A DNA stretch of 64,000 bases, taken from positions 5,376,001-5,440,000 of the forward strand of contig OZ252098.1 of assembly GCA_965248355.1 (NCBI GenBank). The letters are read 5' to 3'. The notes under the pieces were generated by a model. That model was not told the DNA's origin. It did not search any database and saw only the letters and a program-made list of their open reading frames with translations. Origin of the DNA: Candidatus Latescibacterota bacterium. GTDB lineage: Bacteria; Latescibacterota; UBA2968; UBA8231. Every line of letters begins with the position of its first letter. Position 1 is the stretch's first letter. The translations under genes were made by a program, and so were the position numbers. Of the stretch, positions 21,148-31,500 are shown one piece after another.

Positions 21148-23166
21148 TCAGCGGGTCGCCCCGGCCCGGATGCGTTCCACGAGGGCGCGCCCTACGGCCT
21201 CCCGGCCCTGCTCCGCGGCGACCTGAAGCGCATAGCGCTCGGCGTCCTCGGAGCGGCCAGCCGCCATCAGCTCGAGAACCAGCAGGTCGAGAAGCTCGGC
21301 GAAGAACCTGCGCCGGATCTTTCCGTCCTGCACGGCGCCTTCCAGGGCAGCCAGGGCCCCGTCCCTCTCCCCCAGGAGATGGAGGGCATACCCCTCGATG
21401 AACGCCTGCAGCCCCGGGGAGAAGTCCGGCGCCCGGCCCAGGAAGCGCAGGCGGTCCAGGAGGGTGCCCAAGGCGGCTCTCTCCGTCTCCTCCAGGGGGT
21501 GCCCCATGAGCTGACCGCAGCGCACCCAGCGCAGGGTGGCCCACAGGTCGCCCCATATGGTGAAGGGCCGCTCGAGGCGGGAGGCGCGGTAGTAGTCCCG
21601 GGCCCGCGGGAAGTCCCGCGCGGCAAAGAGCGATTCAGCCACGTTCAGGGCCAGGAGGTTCGGCCCCTTCCCCTCCAGCCAGCTCTCGACCCCGCGCCGC
21701 TCCCCCGGGCTCAGTCCCTTCAGGAGTACCTCTCCCTGCCGCCGAAGGTCCTCCGCCCGCTCCTCGTTGCCGCGGTCCAAGGGGGGTGCGGTGAAAAGGC
21801 TGGCCATGGCCCTGGCCACGGCCAGGTCCTCGACGGGCAGGTCGCCGAGGCGGCGGCGGTAGCGGTCGTCGGCCTGGAGCCGCTTGAGCTCGCGGACGGA
21901 GAACCCCCAGGGGGGAGGTGCCTCCCGCAGCGCCGCGGTCACCGCGCGGGCGATCAGGGTCTGGCCGGGAGCGGTGGGATGCAGGTGATCGGCCATGAGC
22001 TCCCAGCCCACTCCGGCGGCCGGGCTGCGCTCCAGGAACCCGGCCTCCACCTCGGCCAGCAGCGCCCCTTCCTCGGCCGCCACCTGGCGCACGACCTCGT
22101 TCAGCCGGGCCGTGGCCCGCCAGGGCCGGGTATCCAGCTCGCGGGCCTGCACGTAGGCGGACCTCGCCGCGGCCCCGTCCCCCAGGCGCTCCAGGTGATG
22201 GCCGCGCAGGAAGTGCAGGTAGGCGTCGTCCTCCTTCAGCTCCCGAGCCTCTTCCAGGGCCGCCAGGGCGGCGGGCGAGGCCTGATGCCGGCCGCCGGCC
22301 GCCAGCAGATCGAGGTAGGCCGCGCCATCCTCCCCGGGAGAGGGCTCGCCGCGGGCCGGCGCGAAGCCCCGTTCGTTGCTGGTGAGGGTGCAGAGGACCA
22401 GGGGGATGCCCCGCTTCCGGCAGAAGGCGGCCACTTCCCGCAGGTTCCCCTCCAGGTTGGCCGCGGCCCTCTCCCGCCGCGGATCACCCACCGGGACGGC
22501 TCCCGTCCGGGACATGACCTCCAGAAGGTCGGCGCTCCGATCCTGCCCCGTGTCGAAGGCCCCGAGCAGCCGGCCCACGAGTCTGGTCATCCGCCACTGC
22601 ATCGCCGCGTAGTGGATTCCCTTGGCCCACACGCCCCGGCCGCCCTGGGAAAGGGAGGCGGCTCCGTACACTCCATGGAACTCGTTGTGTCCGGTGTAGA
22701 CCACCACGAGGTCGACCGCCAGAGCCCGGACACCGTCCTCCACGGCGCGGGCGACGGCGAAGCTCGAGGCCGCCGTGATCCCGGCGTTGAAGACCTCGAC
22801 AGGGCGGCCGAGATGGAGATCCCGGAGCATCTCCTGGAGGTAGGACGGCGCCGAGAGGCGCCTGGGATGGGGGAAGCCCTGCACCGTCGAACCGCCAGCG
22901 AAGAGCACCCGCAGGGCCTCCTGCGGGGCGGGTTCGATGTAGGGCCGGGGGGTCATGCGGATGCCGCCCAGGGGGAAGTCCCCCGCGACGCCGGCGAAGA
23001 ACCGGCGGGGGTAGTCCGGATTGACGGCGTGGAGGGTCCGGTCCTTGACCCTGGCGAGCTGGAGGGTGAAGGACGGGGGGGCCAGGGCCGGGATCAGCCG
23101 CAGCGCCCCTTCCAGGAGCAGCATCAGAACCAGGCCGAGGAACAGCGCCGCGAGGCGCATGCTCAT
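21148..23166 (-). CDS. SGNH/GDSL hydrolase-like membrane-anchored protein with TPRs
   Basis: N-terminal TM, GGSTVQG (block I), NAG (II), YTGHNEFHG (III), DHLHP (V). Confidence 0.72.
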   Translation of the reverse strand: MSMRLAALFLGLVLMLLLEGALRLIPALAPPSFTLQLARVKDRTLHAVNPDYPRRFFAGVAGDFPLGGIRMTPRPYIEPAPQEALRVLFAGGSTVQGFPHPRRLSAPSYLQEMLRDLHLGRPVEVFNAGITAASSFAVARAVEDGVRALAVDLVVVYTGHNEFHGVYGAASLSQGGRGVWAKGIHYAAMQWRMTRLVGRLLGAFDTGQDRSADLLEVMSRTGAVPVGDPRRERAAANLEGNLREVAAFCRKRGIPLVLCTLTSNERGFAPARGEPSPGEDGAAYLDLLAAGGRHQASPAALAALEEARELKEDDAYLHFLRGHHLERLGDGAAARSAYVQARELDTRPWRATARLNEVVRQVAAEEGALLAEVEAGFLERSPAAGVGWELMADHLHPTAPGQTLIARAVTAALREAPPPWGFSVRELKRLQADDRYRRRLGDLPVEDLAVARAMASLFTAPPLDRGNEERAEDLRRQGEVLLKGLSPGERRGVESWLEGKGPNLLALNVAESLFAARDFPRARDYYRASRLERPFTIWGDLWATLRWVRCGQLMGHPLEETERAALGTLLDRLRFLGRAPDFSPGLQAFIEGYALHLLGERDGALAALEGAVQDGKIRRRFFAELLDLLVLELMAAGRSEDAERYALQVAAEQGREAVGRALVERIRAGATR

Positions 23167-23179
23167 GGCCCCCCGCCTC

Positions 23180-24865
23180 TTACCGGGAATCGCGGTCCTG
23201 GCGGGCGGCGGCGTAACCGGAGAGCGCCTCCTCGCGGATCTGCACCTCCTGGGCGTGGACACGACGCAGCGAATCGAGGAAGGTCTCGAAGAGCGCGGCT
23301 TCCCGCCCCCTGCGGATCTGCCCGCCGATGCGCCGCCGGATCCGCCAGAAAGGCACAGCCTCCTTCTCGAAGGGCTGGTCCAGGCGGAAGACGCTGTATC
23401 TCTCCTGGACCTCCAGCGGACCTTGCAGCAGGCCCACGTCCTCGGTGTTGCGGTCTCCGAAGACGGTGCGGTACGGCGACTGGTAGAGGGGCTGGATGGT
23501 GACCCTGCCGCTGTCGCCGAAAGTGTGGCCGCCCACGGGCTTCATGCCGGGACGCACCGAGTGGAGGGCCGCGAGTACCTCCAGCCGTTCTCCGGACCGC
23601 GCCCGAGCGAGGATCGAGTCGGCCAAGGCGCGGGTTTCGCAGAGCACCTCGGTCATGTGGATGAAGCCGGGAAGGGATGTGTAGGATTCCAGGTTCTGCT
23701 CGTAGTGAGCCTTCACCTCTTCTTCGGTCACCTCGACCCGGCCCTCCACCACGTCCTGTCGCAGTCGGGCCGCCATCAGCGCCAGGCGCTCCCTCTCCCT
23801 CCACTCCACCAGGCCCGGCCGCTCGGGCCACCCCCGGGCCCGGGCCTCGAGGACCAGCAGGGCGTCGGGGAGTATCCTCACATCGAGGGCCCGGAGGACG
23901 GCCGCGCTGTCCGGGGGCGCGGCGTTTCTCTCCAGGTCGCGCAGCCCCTCCAAGGCGTCGAGCACCGTGATGGCACCACCCTCGTACTCGATCAGGGGCG
24001 CCTGCTCCTGGGCCGGGTCGATCCCCCGGCCGTGCAACCCGTCGAGAACGGCCTGCACGAGGCGGTGGTGATAGCGCACGCCGCGCGCCTCCTTGAGCGA
24101 ATCGATGACCGCCGTGCGCCGCTCCCAGCCCTTGCGCGTTACCAGGCGCTGGAAGATCTCCAGGCGCAACTGCTCGAAGGGAAGGCGCCGCTTCCGGAGC
24201 ACCTTGACCACCTCGTAGCCCTCGAAGGTGCGGATCGGCTCGCTGACCTGCCCTTCCTCCAGGTGGAAGGCCCCCTCGCGCAGGCTGGGAACGGCATCCG
24301 AGGGCCCGAAGAAGGCCTGCAGGTCGCCGCCCTTGTCCGCGTCGCCGGCCAGGGATCGCTCCCGGGCCAGCCCGGAGAAGCCGGCTCCTTCCGACAGCAG
24401 GCGGATGATCTCGCGGGCCTCTTCCTCGCGGGCGGAGAGGATGTGGGCGGGCCAGATCTCCCAACCCAGCGACTGCTCCTCGTAGAAGGCGCGCAGCTCT
24501 TCCTCCGTGACCGAGACGCGGGCGTCGACCAGCTCCCTGGACAGTTCCCCGGCGGCGCGTTCATCGACCATCGCCGAGAGGGTCCTCTCCAGGTCCGGGA
24601 GCCGGTCCAGCCCCCGCCGGCCGGCCTCGCCCAGTACCAGCTCCCTGTCCACGAGGCTCTGAAGGTGGGCGCGATGGGCCGCTGCGTCCTCCTTCTTCGA
24701 TCGCAGGTAGTCGGGCAGGGTCCGCTCGTACTCGTCCAGGTCCAGGGCGGTGATCGCCCGCCCGTCGACCGTGGCCAGGACCGCGGCGGGATCGCCGGGT
24801 CCGGCCTGGGGGGCGCACGCCGGGAGGACGGCGCAAAGACCCACTGCGATAGATCTCCACAACAT
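23180..24865 (-). CDS. PpiC/parvulin-type peptidyl-prolyl isomerase (PrsA/SurA-like foldase), lipoprotein
   Basis: LPAC lipobox, LATVDGRAIT, AHIL, FSGLARERS..DKGGDL, GQVSEPIRT..GY; a second degenerate parvulin domain follows. Confidence 0.85.
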   Translation of the reverse strand: MLWRSIAVGLCAVLPACAPQAGPGDPAAVLATVDGRAITALDLDEYERTLPDYLRSKKEDAAAHRAHLQSLVDRELVLGEAGRRGLDRLPDLERTLSAMVDERAAGELSRELVDARVSVTEEELRAFYEEQSLGWEIWPAHILSAREEEAREIIRLLSEGAGFSGLARERSLAGDADKGGDLQAFFGPSDAVPSLREGAFHLEEGQVSEPIRTFEGYEVVKVLRKRRLPFEQLRLEIFQRLVTRKGWERRTAVIDSLKEARGVRYHHRLVQAVLDGLHGRGIDPAQEQAPLIEYEGGAITVLDALEGLRDLERNAAPPDSAAVLRALDVRILPDALLVLEARARGWPERPGLVEWRERERLALMAARLRQDVVEGRVEVTEEEVKAHYEQNLESYTSLPGFIHMTEVLCETRALADSILARARSGERLEVLAALHSVRPGMKPVGGHTFGDSGRVTIQPLYQSPYRTVFGDRNTEDVGLLQGPLEVQERYSVFRLDQPFEKEAVPFWRIRRRIGGQIRRGREAALFETFLDSLRRVHAQEVQIREEALSGYAAARQDRDSR

Positions 24866-24943
24866 CGATGGTCGTCCTGTCAAAGAAACTGCGCGGCGCC
24901 CCCTTGCGGCGGGACCGCGCAGTCAGGTGATATCGAGGACCTG

Positions 24944-25702
24944 CTAGTCGCTGGTGGCCACCCTGCTTCCGTCCGGGTAGATGCGGCCGATCTCCCGTTC
25001 GAAGCGCATGGCCACGTCCACCGCCTCCACCGGATCCCCCTTGAAGTCGAAGCGCACCACCACGCCGGGGATATGGACCGTCAGTGCCTCCACGTCCGGG
25101 GCCAGGGGCCTGAAGACCAGGTACCCCTCGCTCTCCTGGGCGCTGAAGATCGGCCTGCCGGAGAGCATCGTGCCGCGCAGGATGGAGTCCCGCTCGTTCC
25201 AGGTGGAGTAGGCGTTGCCGCTCACCCCCGGGGCGTTGCCGCCGGTTCCCCCTCCCACGTAGCGGTGGTAGTAGATCCAGAGCTGTTCGTGGGTCAGGGC
25301 GTGGTACTTGCGGCCGTTGGAGGTGGTGATATGGACCCTCTCGGGGTCCAGGAGGACCTTGGGGTACTGGTAGTTGGAGATGAAGACCCGGAAGACGGTG
25401 AAGCGTTGGGGGGTGTCCCCGGTGCGGAAGTAGGTGGAGTTGCCGAAGGTGTAGGGGTTGCGCGAGTCGGCCCCGTCCCCGGAGAAGGAGCTGAACTGGC
25501 GGTTCAGCTCCTCGTCGGTCATGGGCCGCAGGCTGATCTCGAGACGGCCCTGGGTATAGGTGACGGTGCCGTCGTCGGCCACCGTCTTGTTCTCTCCCTG
25601 CTCGGCCTCGCTCATGGGCTGGAGGGCCTCCGCGTAATAGCGGTATGAGCAGCCGGGAAGAAGCAGCAGGGCCGGAAGCAGCGGAATGAGGCACTTGATC
25701 AT
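24944..25702 (-). CDS. Hypothetical lipoprotein (paralogue of 15469-16218)
   Basis: LLPGC lipobox; extensive identity blocks with 15469-16218. Confidence 0.75.
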   Translation of the reverse strand: MIKCLIPLLPALLLLPGCSYRYYAEALQPMSEAEQGENKTVADDGTVTYTQGRLEISLRPMTDEELNRQFSSFSGDGADSRNPYTFGNSTYFRTGDTPQRFTVFRVFISNYQYPKVLLDPERVHITTSNGRKYHALTHEQLWIYYHRYVGGGTGGNAPGVSGNAYSTWNERDSILRGTMLSGRPIFSAQESEGYLVFRPLAPDVEALTVHIPGVVVRFDFKGDPVEAVDVAMRFEREIGRIYPDGSRVATSD

Positions 25703-25711
25703 GATCCCCTC

Positions 25712-28462
25712 CTACTCTACGCCGGCGAAGATGGTTACGAACATGGTCGTCTCCGTCCTCGCCTTCTCCGCCGAGGCGCGGTCGATGCGGGAGACGCGGA
25801 ACCCGGCCTGGGTCCACACGTTGAAGCCTTGGTACTCCGCACTGTTGGTGACCTGAAGGGCATAGACCATCTCGTCGCGGTCCGAGCGCAGCTGGTGGTT
25901 CTTCAACTCCTCGCGGAACTGCTTGACGAGCAGGTACTCGAGGCCGGTCTGCAACTCGGTGTGGGACAGGATCGGCAGGCGCAGGACCAGGGACCCGAGC
26001 TCGCGCAACTCCGTCGTGGCCACGCGCACCAGGGTGTTCTCCCGGCGCGAGGGGCGCTGGCGCATGTACTCGCTCTTCCACCGGGGCTGGATCTTGAAGG
26101 GGCCGAGGTCGAGGGTGTAGTCGATCTTGTTGAGGATGCCGACGAAGGAGGCCGTCTCGCGGATGTCCTGCTGCTCCACGGGCCGCTCGGAGTAGTTCGA
26201 CTGGCCCAGGACCTCCCACTTGACCCGGTTGCGGAAGTGCAGGCGGTCGCCCCGGTACAGGTAGCCCAGGTACAGGGTGTTGGCCCATCCGTCGCGCAGG
26301 GGCAGGGGATCGGCGTAGTCCACGAAGTCTCCGCGCGAGCCTTCGAGGACGACCCACTCGATCACGTTGTCGCGGATGTCGTCCTGGGCCCGCCGGTAGT
26401 TGTTGTAGACCTGCACGCGCCCCAGGCCCGCGTAGTCCTTGTCGAGGGTGAGCAGGACGTAGTTGGTGGCGTTCCTCCGGTCGTCGGCCAACTGGCGCTC
26501 GTCGAGGCGGCCCACGGTGAGGCGCGCCTCCGGCCCCAGGTGGGAACCGACGTAGAAGTTGTACCCGCGCCGGTCCCGCTTGTAAAGGTAGTCGGGGAAG
26601 TCGTCGTTCTCGAAGCGGTCGACGATGCCGTTGTTGTTCATGTCGATCCCGAAGAGGAACTCGGGCCGGTCCGAGGAGAAGCGCAGGAAGGGCTCCTCGT
26701 AGTCGGGCTGCTGGTTGCGGCGGTACTCGGTGTCGTTCTGGTTGTAATCGTTGATGAAGTCGTTGTTCTCGTCGTACCCGGGAAAGACCCTGAGGTCGTG
26801 GCCGAAGTTGGCCCGCCGCCAGTCGGGATTGCGGTCCTGGTCGTCGTTGTCGTCGACGAACTCGTAGACGAAACGGCTCTCGTCGTCGTAGTGGATGTCG
26901 GCGGCGTCGTTCAGAACGCCCGCCAGGTAGGAGCTGGTGCCGTAGCCGGCGTCGACGTTGTAGAGCTCGCCGAATCCGAAGTAGGGGTAGGCCCGCTTGT
27001 AGAGGTTGACGAACCAGGCGTCGGCCGAGGTGTTGTGGGAACGGTGGTTGGTCACGTCCACCTCGGTCCGCCGCGGGTAGCGGAAATGCTGGCGGTTCCG
27101 GTCGTACTCGGCGGAGAGAAAGAACCCGCCCACGTCGGTGATGTCGATGGTGCCGCCGAAGATCTCATTGGCCACGGGCAGGCCGTACTTGACGCTCACG
27201 AAGCCCTGGTTCGAGCCGTCCCGCACGTTGCCCGGCGCCCGCAGGGTGCGCTCCGGGATGCCCTCGGAGAGCAGGACCGGCTGATCGTTGGCGTTGAGCT
27301 GGCGGTTGGAGGTGAGGTCGATGCGGTAGTCGTTGGCCAGGAGAAAGCGGAACTCGATGCTCCGGATCTGCTCGGGCTGGGGGCCGAAGGAAGCCTGGTA
27401 CTGGGGTCCCTCGAGGTCGTAGATCAGCACGATGATCTCGCGGCCGTCGGCGGAGAGGAAGCCCTGGGGGTTGAGGAAGCCTCCCTGCTCGGAGGGATGG
27501 AAGGCGAGGATGTTGCTGTCGCCGATGCGGCGGCGGTTGCTGATGCGCTCGCCGTCGATGGTGGTGATGATCATCTCTTCCTGGTAGTAGGCGGCGCCGG
27601 CGATGTCGTCCTCGGGCGAATCGTCGCTCAGGCGCACCTCGATGCGCGTGATGTCGGCGCTGTTCTGGCCCTCGGTCAGGGTTCCCTTGAAGGGGTTGCC
27701 CTGGAAGGCCTGCCCCTTGGTGGAGGAGTTGAAGGCGTTCACGTAGGTCCCGCCCAGCTTGACGAAGTCGCCCACCTGGACGGTGCCGCGGCCCCCGAGC
27801 AGGTTGGTGTCGTTCGAGCGGAACCGGCCTGTGCTGGTCGCCTCCGGCCCCTCGATGCTGCCGGGCGCGCTGGGACGGGAGACGAGCAGGGTCGCCTCGT
27901 ACTTGTCGGTGGCCATGTCCAGCTGAATGCCGGCGAAGGACGGCTTGGAGAAGGTCATCGGCGTCAGGGTGGAACGGATGCGGTCGCCGACGGTCATGGC
28001 ATAGGAGTACTGGCCCTTCTGGTCGGAGGCGACGATCAGGTTGGAGAACCAGCCGTAGGAGTTGGTCTTGAAGAGGCTGCTGCCCGATGTCTGCGGGGCC
28101 GCGACGATCCAGTCGTAGACGAGCCGGCCGCGGGTGACGTAGTTCCCGTAGAGGTCGTAGAAGTACTCTCCCTCCAGGGAGGTGTTCACGAAGCGCTGAT
28201 AGTGCCGGCGGGCGTAGTTGGTGTACTCCTGTTGGCGCCATTGGTACTCGTTGAACAACTCCTGCGGCACGTACCACTTCTTGACCGCCGGGTCCAGGGC
28301 GTCGAAGAGTACGCCCGGCCCCGTTGGCGCGTAATGGACTTCGCCGCCTCGGCGCACGCCCAGCCGGGCTCCGAAGTCCTCCTGCGCCGCCAGGTCCTGC
28401 GCGATCGCCCCCAGCATCAGCACTGCCAGAGCACAGGGGTGCCACCTCCTCGCTGTGTTCAC
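25712..28462 (-). CDS. Large secreted/outer-membrane protein of unknown function
   Basis: Signal peptide; Asp/Asn-rich loops (DDNDDQD, DMNNNGIVD); Tyr-rich alternating beta-strand pattern in the C-terminal third; GGAGG before GTG. Confidence 0.6.
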   Translation of the reverse strand: MNTARRWHPCALAVLMLGAIAQDLAAQEDFGARLGVRRGGEVHYAPTGPGVLFDALDPAVKKWYVPQELFNEYQWRQQEYTNYARRHYQRFVNTSLEGEYFYDLYGNYVTRGRLVYDWIVAAPQTSGSSLFKTNSYGWFSNLIVASDQKGQYSYAMTVGDRIRSTLTPMTFSKPSFAGIQLDMATDKYEATLLVSRPSAPGSIEGPEATSTGRFRSNDTNLLGGRGTVQVGDFVKLGGTYVNAFNSSTKGQAFQGNPFKGTLTEGQNSADITRIEVRLSDDSPEDDIAGAAYYQEEMIITTIDGERISNRRRIGDSNILAFHPSEQGGFLNPQGFLSADGREIIVLIYDLEGPQYQASFGPQPEQIRSIEFRFLLANDYRIDLTSNRQLNANDQPVLLSEGIPERTLRAPGNVRDGSNQGFVSVKYGLPVANEIFGGTIDITDVGGFFLSAEYDRNRQHFRYPRRTEVDVTNHRSHNTSADAWFVNLYKRAYPYFGFGELYNVDAGYGTSSYLAGVLNDAADIHYDDESRFVYEFVDDNDDQDRNPDWRRANFGHDLRVFPGYDENNDFINDYNQNDTEYRRNQQPDYEEPFLRFSSDRPEFLFGIDMNNNGIVDRFENDDFPDYLYKRDRRGYNFYVGSHLGPEARLTVGRLDERQLADDRRNATNYVLLTLDKDYAGLGRVQVYNNYRRAQDDIRDNVIEWVVLEGSRGDFVDYADPLPLRDGWANTLYLGYLYRGDRLHFRNRVKWEVLGQSNYSERPVEQQDIRETASFVGILNKIDYTLDLGPFKIQPRWKSEYMRQRPSRRENTLVRVATTELRELGSLVLRLPILSHTELQTGLEYLLVKQFREELKNHQLRSDRDEMVYALQVTNSAEYQGFNVWTQAGFRVSRIDRASAEKARTETTMFVTIFAGVE

Positions 28463-28520
28463 AGATACCTCCCTTGTTGTCCTGCTCTCCGGTCCCGGTT
28501 GCCCAGGGTATCGTGATTCT

Positions 28521-31500
28521 TCAATAGGCCACGTGGACGAGCCGCATGAACTGGCTGTCCTCGAAATCGGCCTCGACCTTGATCCGGCAGAGATAGATCC
28601 CCGGCGGCACCAGCCGTCCGCCCGGGTCGCGCCCGTCCCAGGTGAAGGTGTTGTACCCCGCCTTGGGACTCGCCGCGGCGCTTTGCCCGCGGCCGACCAG
28701 GCGGCCTCCCAGGTCGAAGAACTCCACCTCCAGGGGCCGCTCCTCCAGCACCTTCAGCAGGACGAAGCGCACCGGCAGCTCGTCGTTGACGCCGTCGCCG
28801 TTGGGCGTGAAGACCGGGGCCAGCGCCACGTCCTGGATCAGGGGGCCCTCCAGCTCCGTCAGGCTCACCCTCGTGGTGGAGGACGCCACCAGCTCCGTGG
28901 CGTCCCTGGCGTCGGTGTCCACCCGCTGGAAGACGAGCTCATCGGAGTCGGAAGCGCGCACGAAGGAGGTGAACTCGATGCCTTCGCGGAAGCTCTGCGA
29001 CTCGAACTGCACCTCCACGAGGGCGTGTTCCCCGGCGGGCAGGCCGGTGTTGATCGAGAAGGGAAAGCGCACCCAGATCGAGTCCGGGCCGGCCATCACC
29101 TGCTCGAGGAGCTGCCCTTCCGAATCGCGGAAGACGCCGTCGCCGCCGGGGGCGAAGACGTTGTCGAAACGGGTGGCCACCGCCGAGGTCTCCTCCTGAT
29201 CCGGGTCGAGGGCAGAGGCCCTGCTGGCCACCTCCACCCGGCCGATGCGGACCCCGGTGAGGCGGGCGGCGCGGGGTGTGGTGATCAGCACCTCGTCGAA
29301 GCCGCCGCGCACGGTCGGGTCGGGCCCGGCGGAGCGGATGAAGTAGGAGAACCGCTGGGGCTCGAGGGGGTCGATGCCGCTGGGCGGGGTGTAGTCCGTG
29401 GACAGGACGTCCAGATCGGTCAACGCCCGCCCCGCCCCCTCGCCGCTCAGAAGCGCCAGCTCCCCGACCAGCTCCAGGGCCAGGGGAGGCGCCAGGTCGA
29501 TGCGCAGGCTGCGGAGCCGCGCCGTCTTGAAGGGGTCCTCCGACCGGAGGTTGACGCGGACCTGGATGAACTTGCGCGGGTTGGGAGAGGTGACGGCCGC
29601 CTCGTTGACGCCGTTGGTGGGCAGGTAGCTCTCGCTCCAGTTGCTCCAGCCGACGAAGGCCAGCTCGCCGTCCTTGGCGAAGGTCGAGCGCGGCGCCCGG
29701 CGCAGCTTCTTGCCGTCCTCGTCGACGAGGCCGTCGCCGTCGTTGTCCTTGAAGTCGATGGGGTCCTCGTCCTCCAGGCCGTCGCCGTCGTCGTCGGCGC
29801 GGGAGGCGTGCCTCTGGTCGCTGGGCAGGGTCTGCCAGTATTCCCAGGCGGCCCACTCCAGGGCGATCTGGTCATGGCGCTCCCTGGGGACCTCCGCGCG
29901 CTCCTCGCTGCCGGCCACGGTGACGACCTCGTAGTAGGTGAAGTTGCTGTCGGTCTGGTCGGAGGTGCGGGTCTGCACCTGGAGGCGGACGTCGGGATCG
30001 CTGCCGAGGGGCTCGATGCGCTCCACGGGCTGGCCGGTGAGGGGGTCGGTCTCGCGGACGATGATGTCGCCCTCCCAGACGATGCGGGGCAGGGTCTTGC
30101 GGATGAAGTCGCCCCGCGAGTCGGTCAGCGCGATGGGGGGCGAGTAGGCCCAGACGCTGACCGGGTAACCCTCGCCGTAGAGCTGGAACTCGGCCAGGGT
30201 CGCCAGCGCGCCATACCTGCCGGAAGACGACCCGGTAATGTCGAGGTCGCGGATCTGCAGGAAGCGGATCTTGCGGAAGGGGAAGTCCTCCTGGAAGATG
30301 CGCACCTTCGACGTGCGGTTGGTGAGCTTCTCCTCGCCGATGATGTTGTGCCACTGGAGCCCGTCCTCGAGCTGGGGGAAGTCGCTGCGGTCCTTCATGG
30401 CCACCGGCTTGAGCAGGGTGCCGTCGGAGACCAGGATGCCCGGGCCTATGAAGGCGCCATGGTTGCTCTGGTTGATGCGCTTGTTGACCACGGAGAGGTT
30501 GTCGACCCAGAACACGGCGCCCAGGTCGTACCAGGCCGTGCCCTTGACGTAGACGGGGGACCAGGTATTGGCCGCCCACTCCGTGTCGTAGTTCCCGTCG
30601 GTGGCCAGCTCGGGGGCGCCCAGTTCGCCGTGCTCGAGGGAGGCGCCGGCTCGGCTCTCGGGCCGGAAGGCGTAGTTGTCGCCCCTGGCCCAGACCAGGA
30701 CCTCGGCGAGGCGGGGGACCTCCTTGACGTAGTAGAGGATCGGCCCGCGCTTTGCCTCGGGCAGGTCCTGGTACTTGTCACTGGCGGTCTGATTGCGGTT
30801 GTCCAGGAGGTCGACGAGCAGGCCGCCGGCCGTCCGCCGCTGATGGATGATGGCGCCGCGGCGCTCCCTCGGCAGCGCCTCGTAGGCGAGGCGGGCCTCT
30901 TCACCCGATCCCAGGAAGGCATCGCGCCAGAAATCGGAGCCCGTGGCCTTGAAGCGGACGTACTGGAGAAAGGTCCCGCTGATGTCGGGGATGCCGTCCT
31001 GGTCCCAGTCGGCCCGGTCCAGGGGAGAGAGAGGGAAGGTCATCTGCCCGTAGCGGCCGTCCGTGCCGGGCACGGGCACGAGCGCCACGCCGTCCACCCC
31101 GACCACCCCCGACGCCGCCTGGGCGACGAGGCTGAAGCGCAGATTGCTGCCCAGGGGGAAGGGGAAGCGCTCGCCCATGGAGGCGAAGATCGCGAAGGCT
31201 TTGACGGGTTGGCCGGGGAACTCTCCCTCGAACTGGTCGGAGGGAAAGATGAAGGTCAGGCTGTCGGCGAAGACCAGCCGGCCGAGGTCGATCTCCACCT
31301 CCCACTCGCGCAGGCCGTCGAGATGGAAGTCGCCCGGGGCGCCCAGGCGGCTGGCGTGATCGGCGGGCGTGTCCGGCTCCCAGAACGTGGTCAGGTCGCC
31401 GTCGATGATGTTGCCGGCCAGGCCGTCGTTGGTCTTGGCGGTGGCCCCGCCCCGGGTCGGCGAGCCCTGGGCCCGGACCTGGTCCTTGTAGGTGTAGTCC

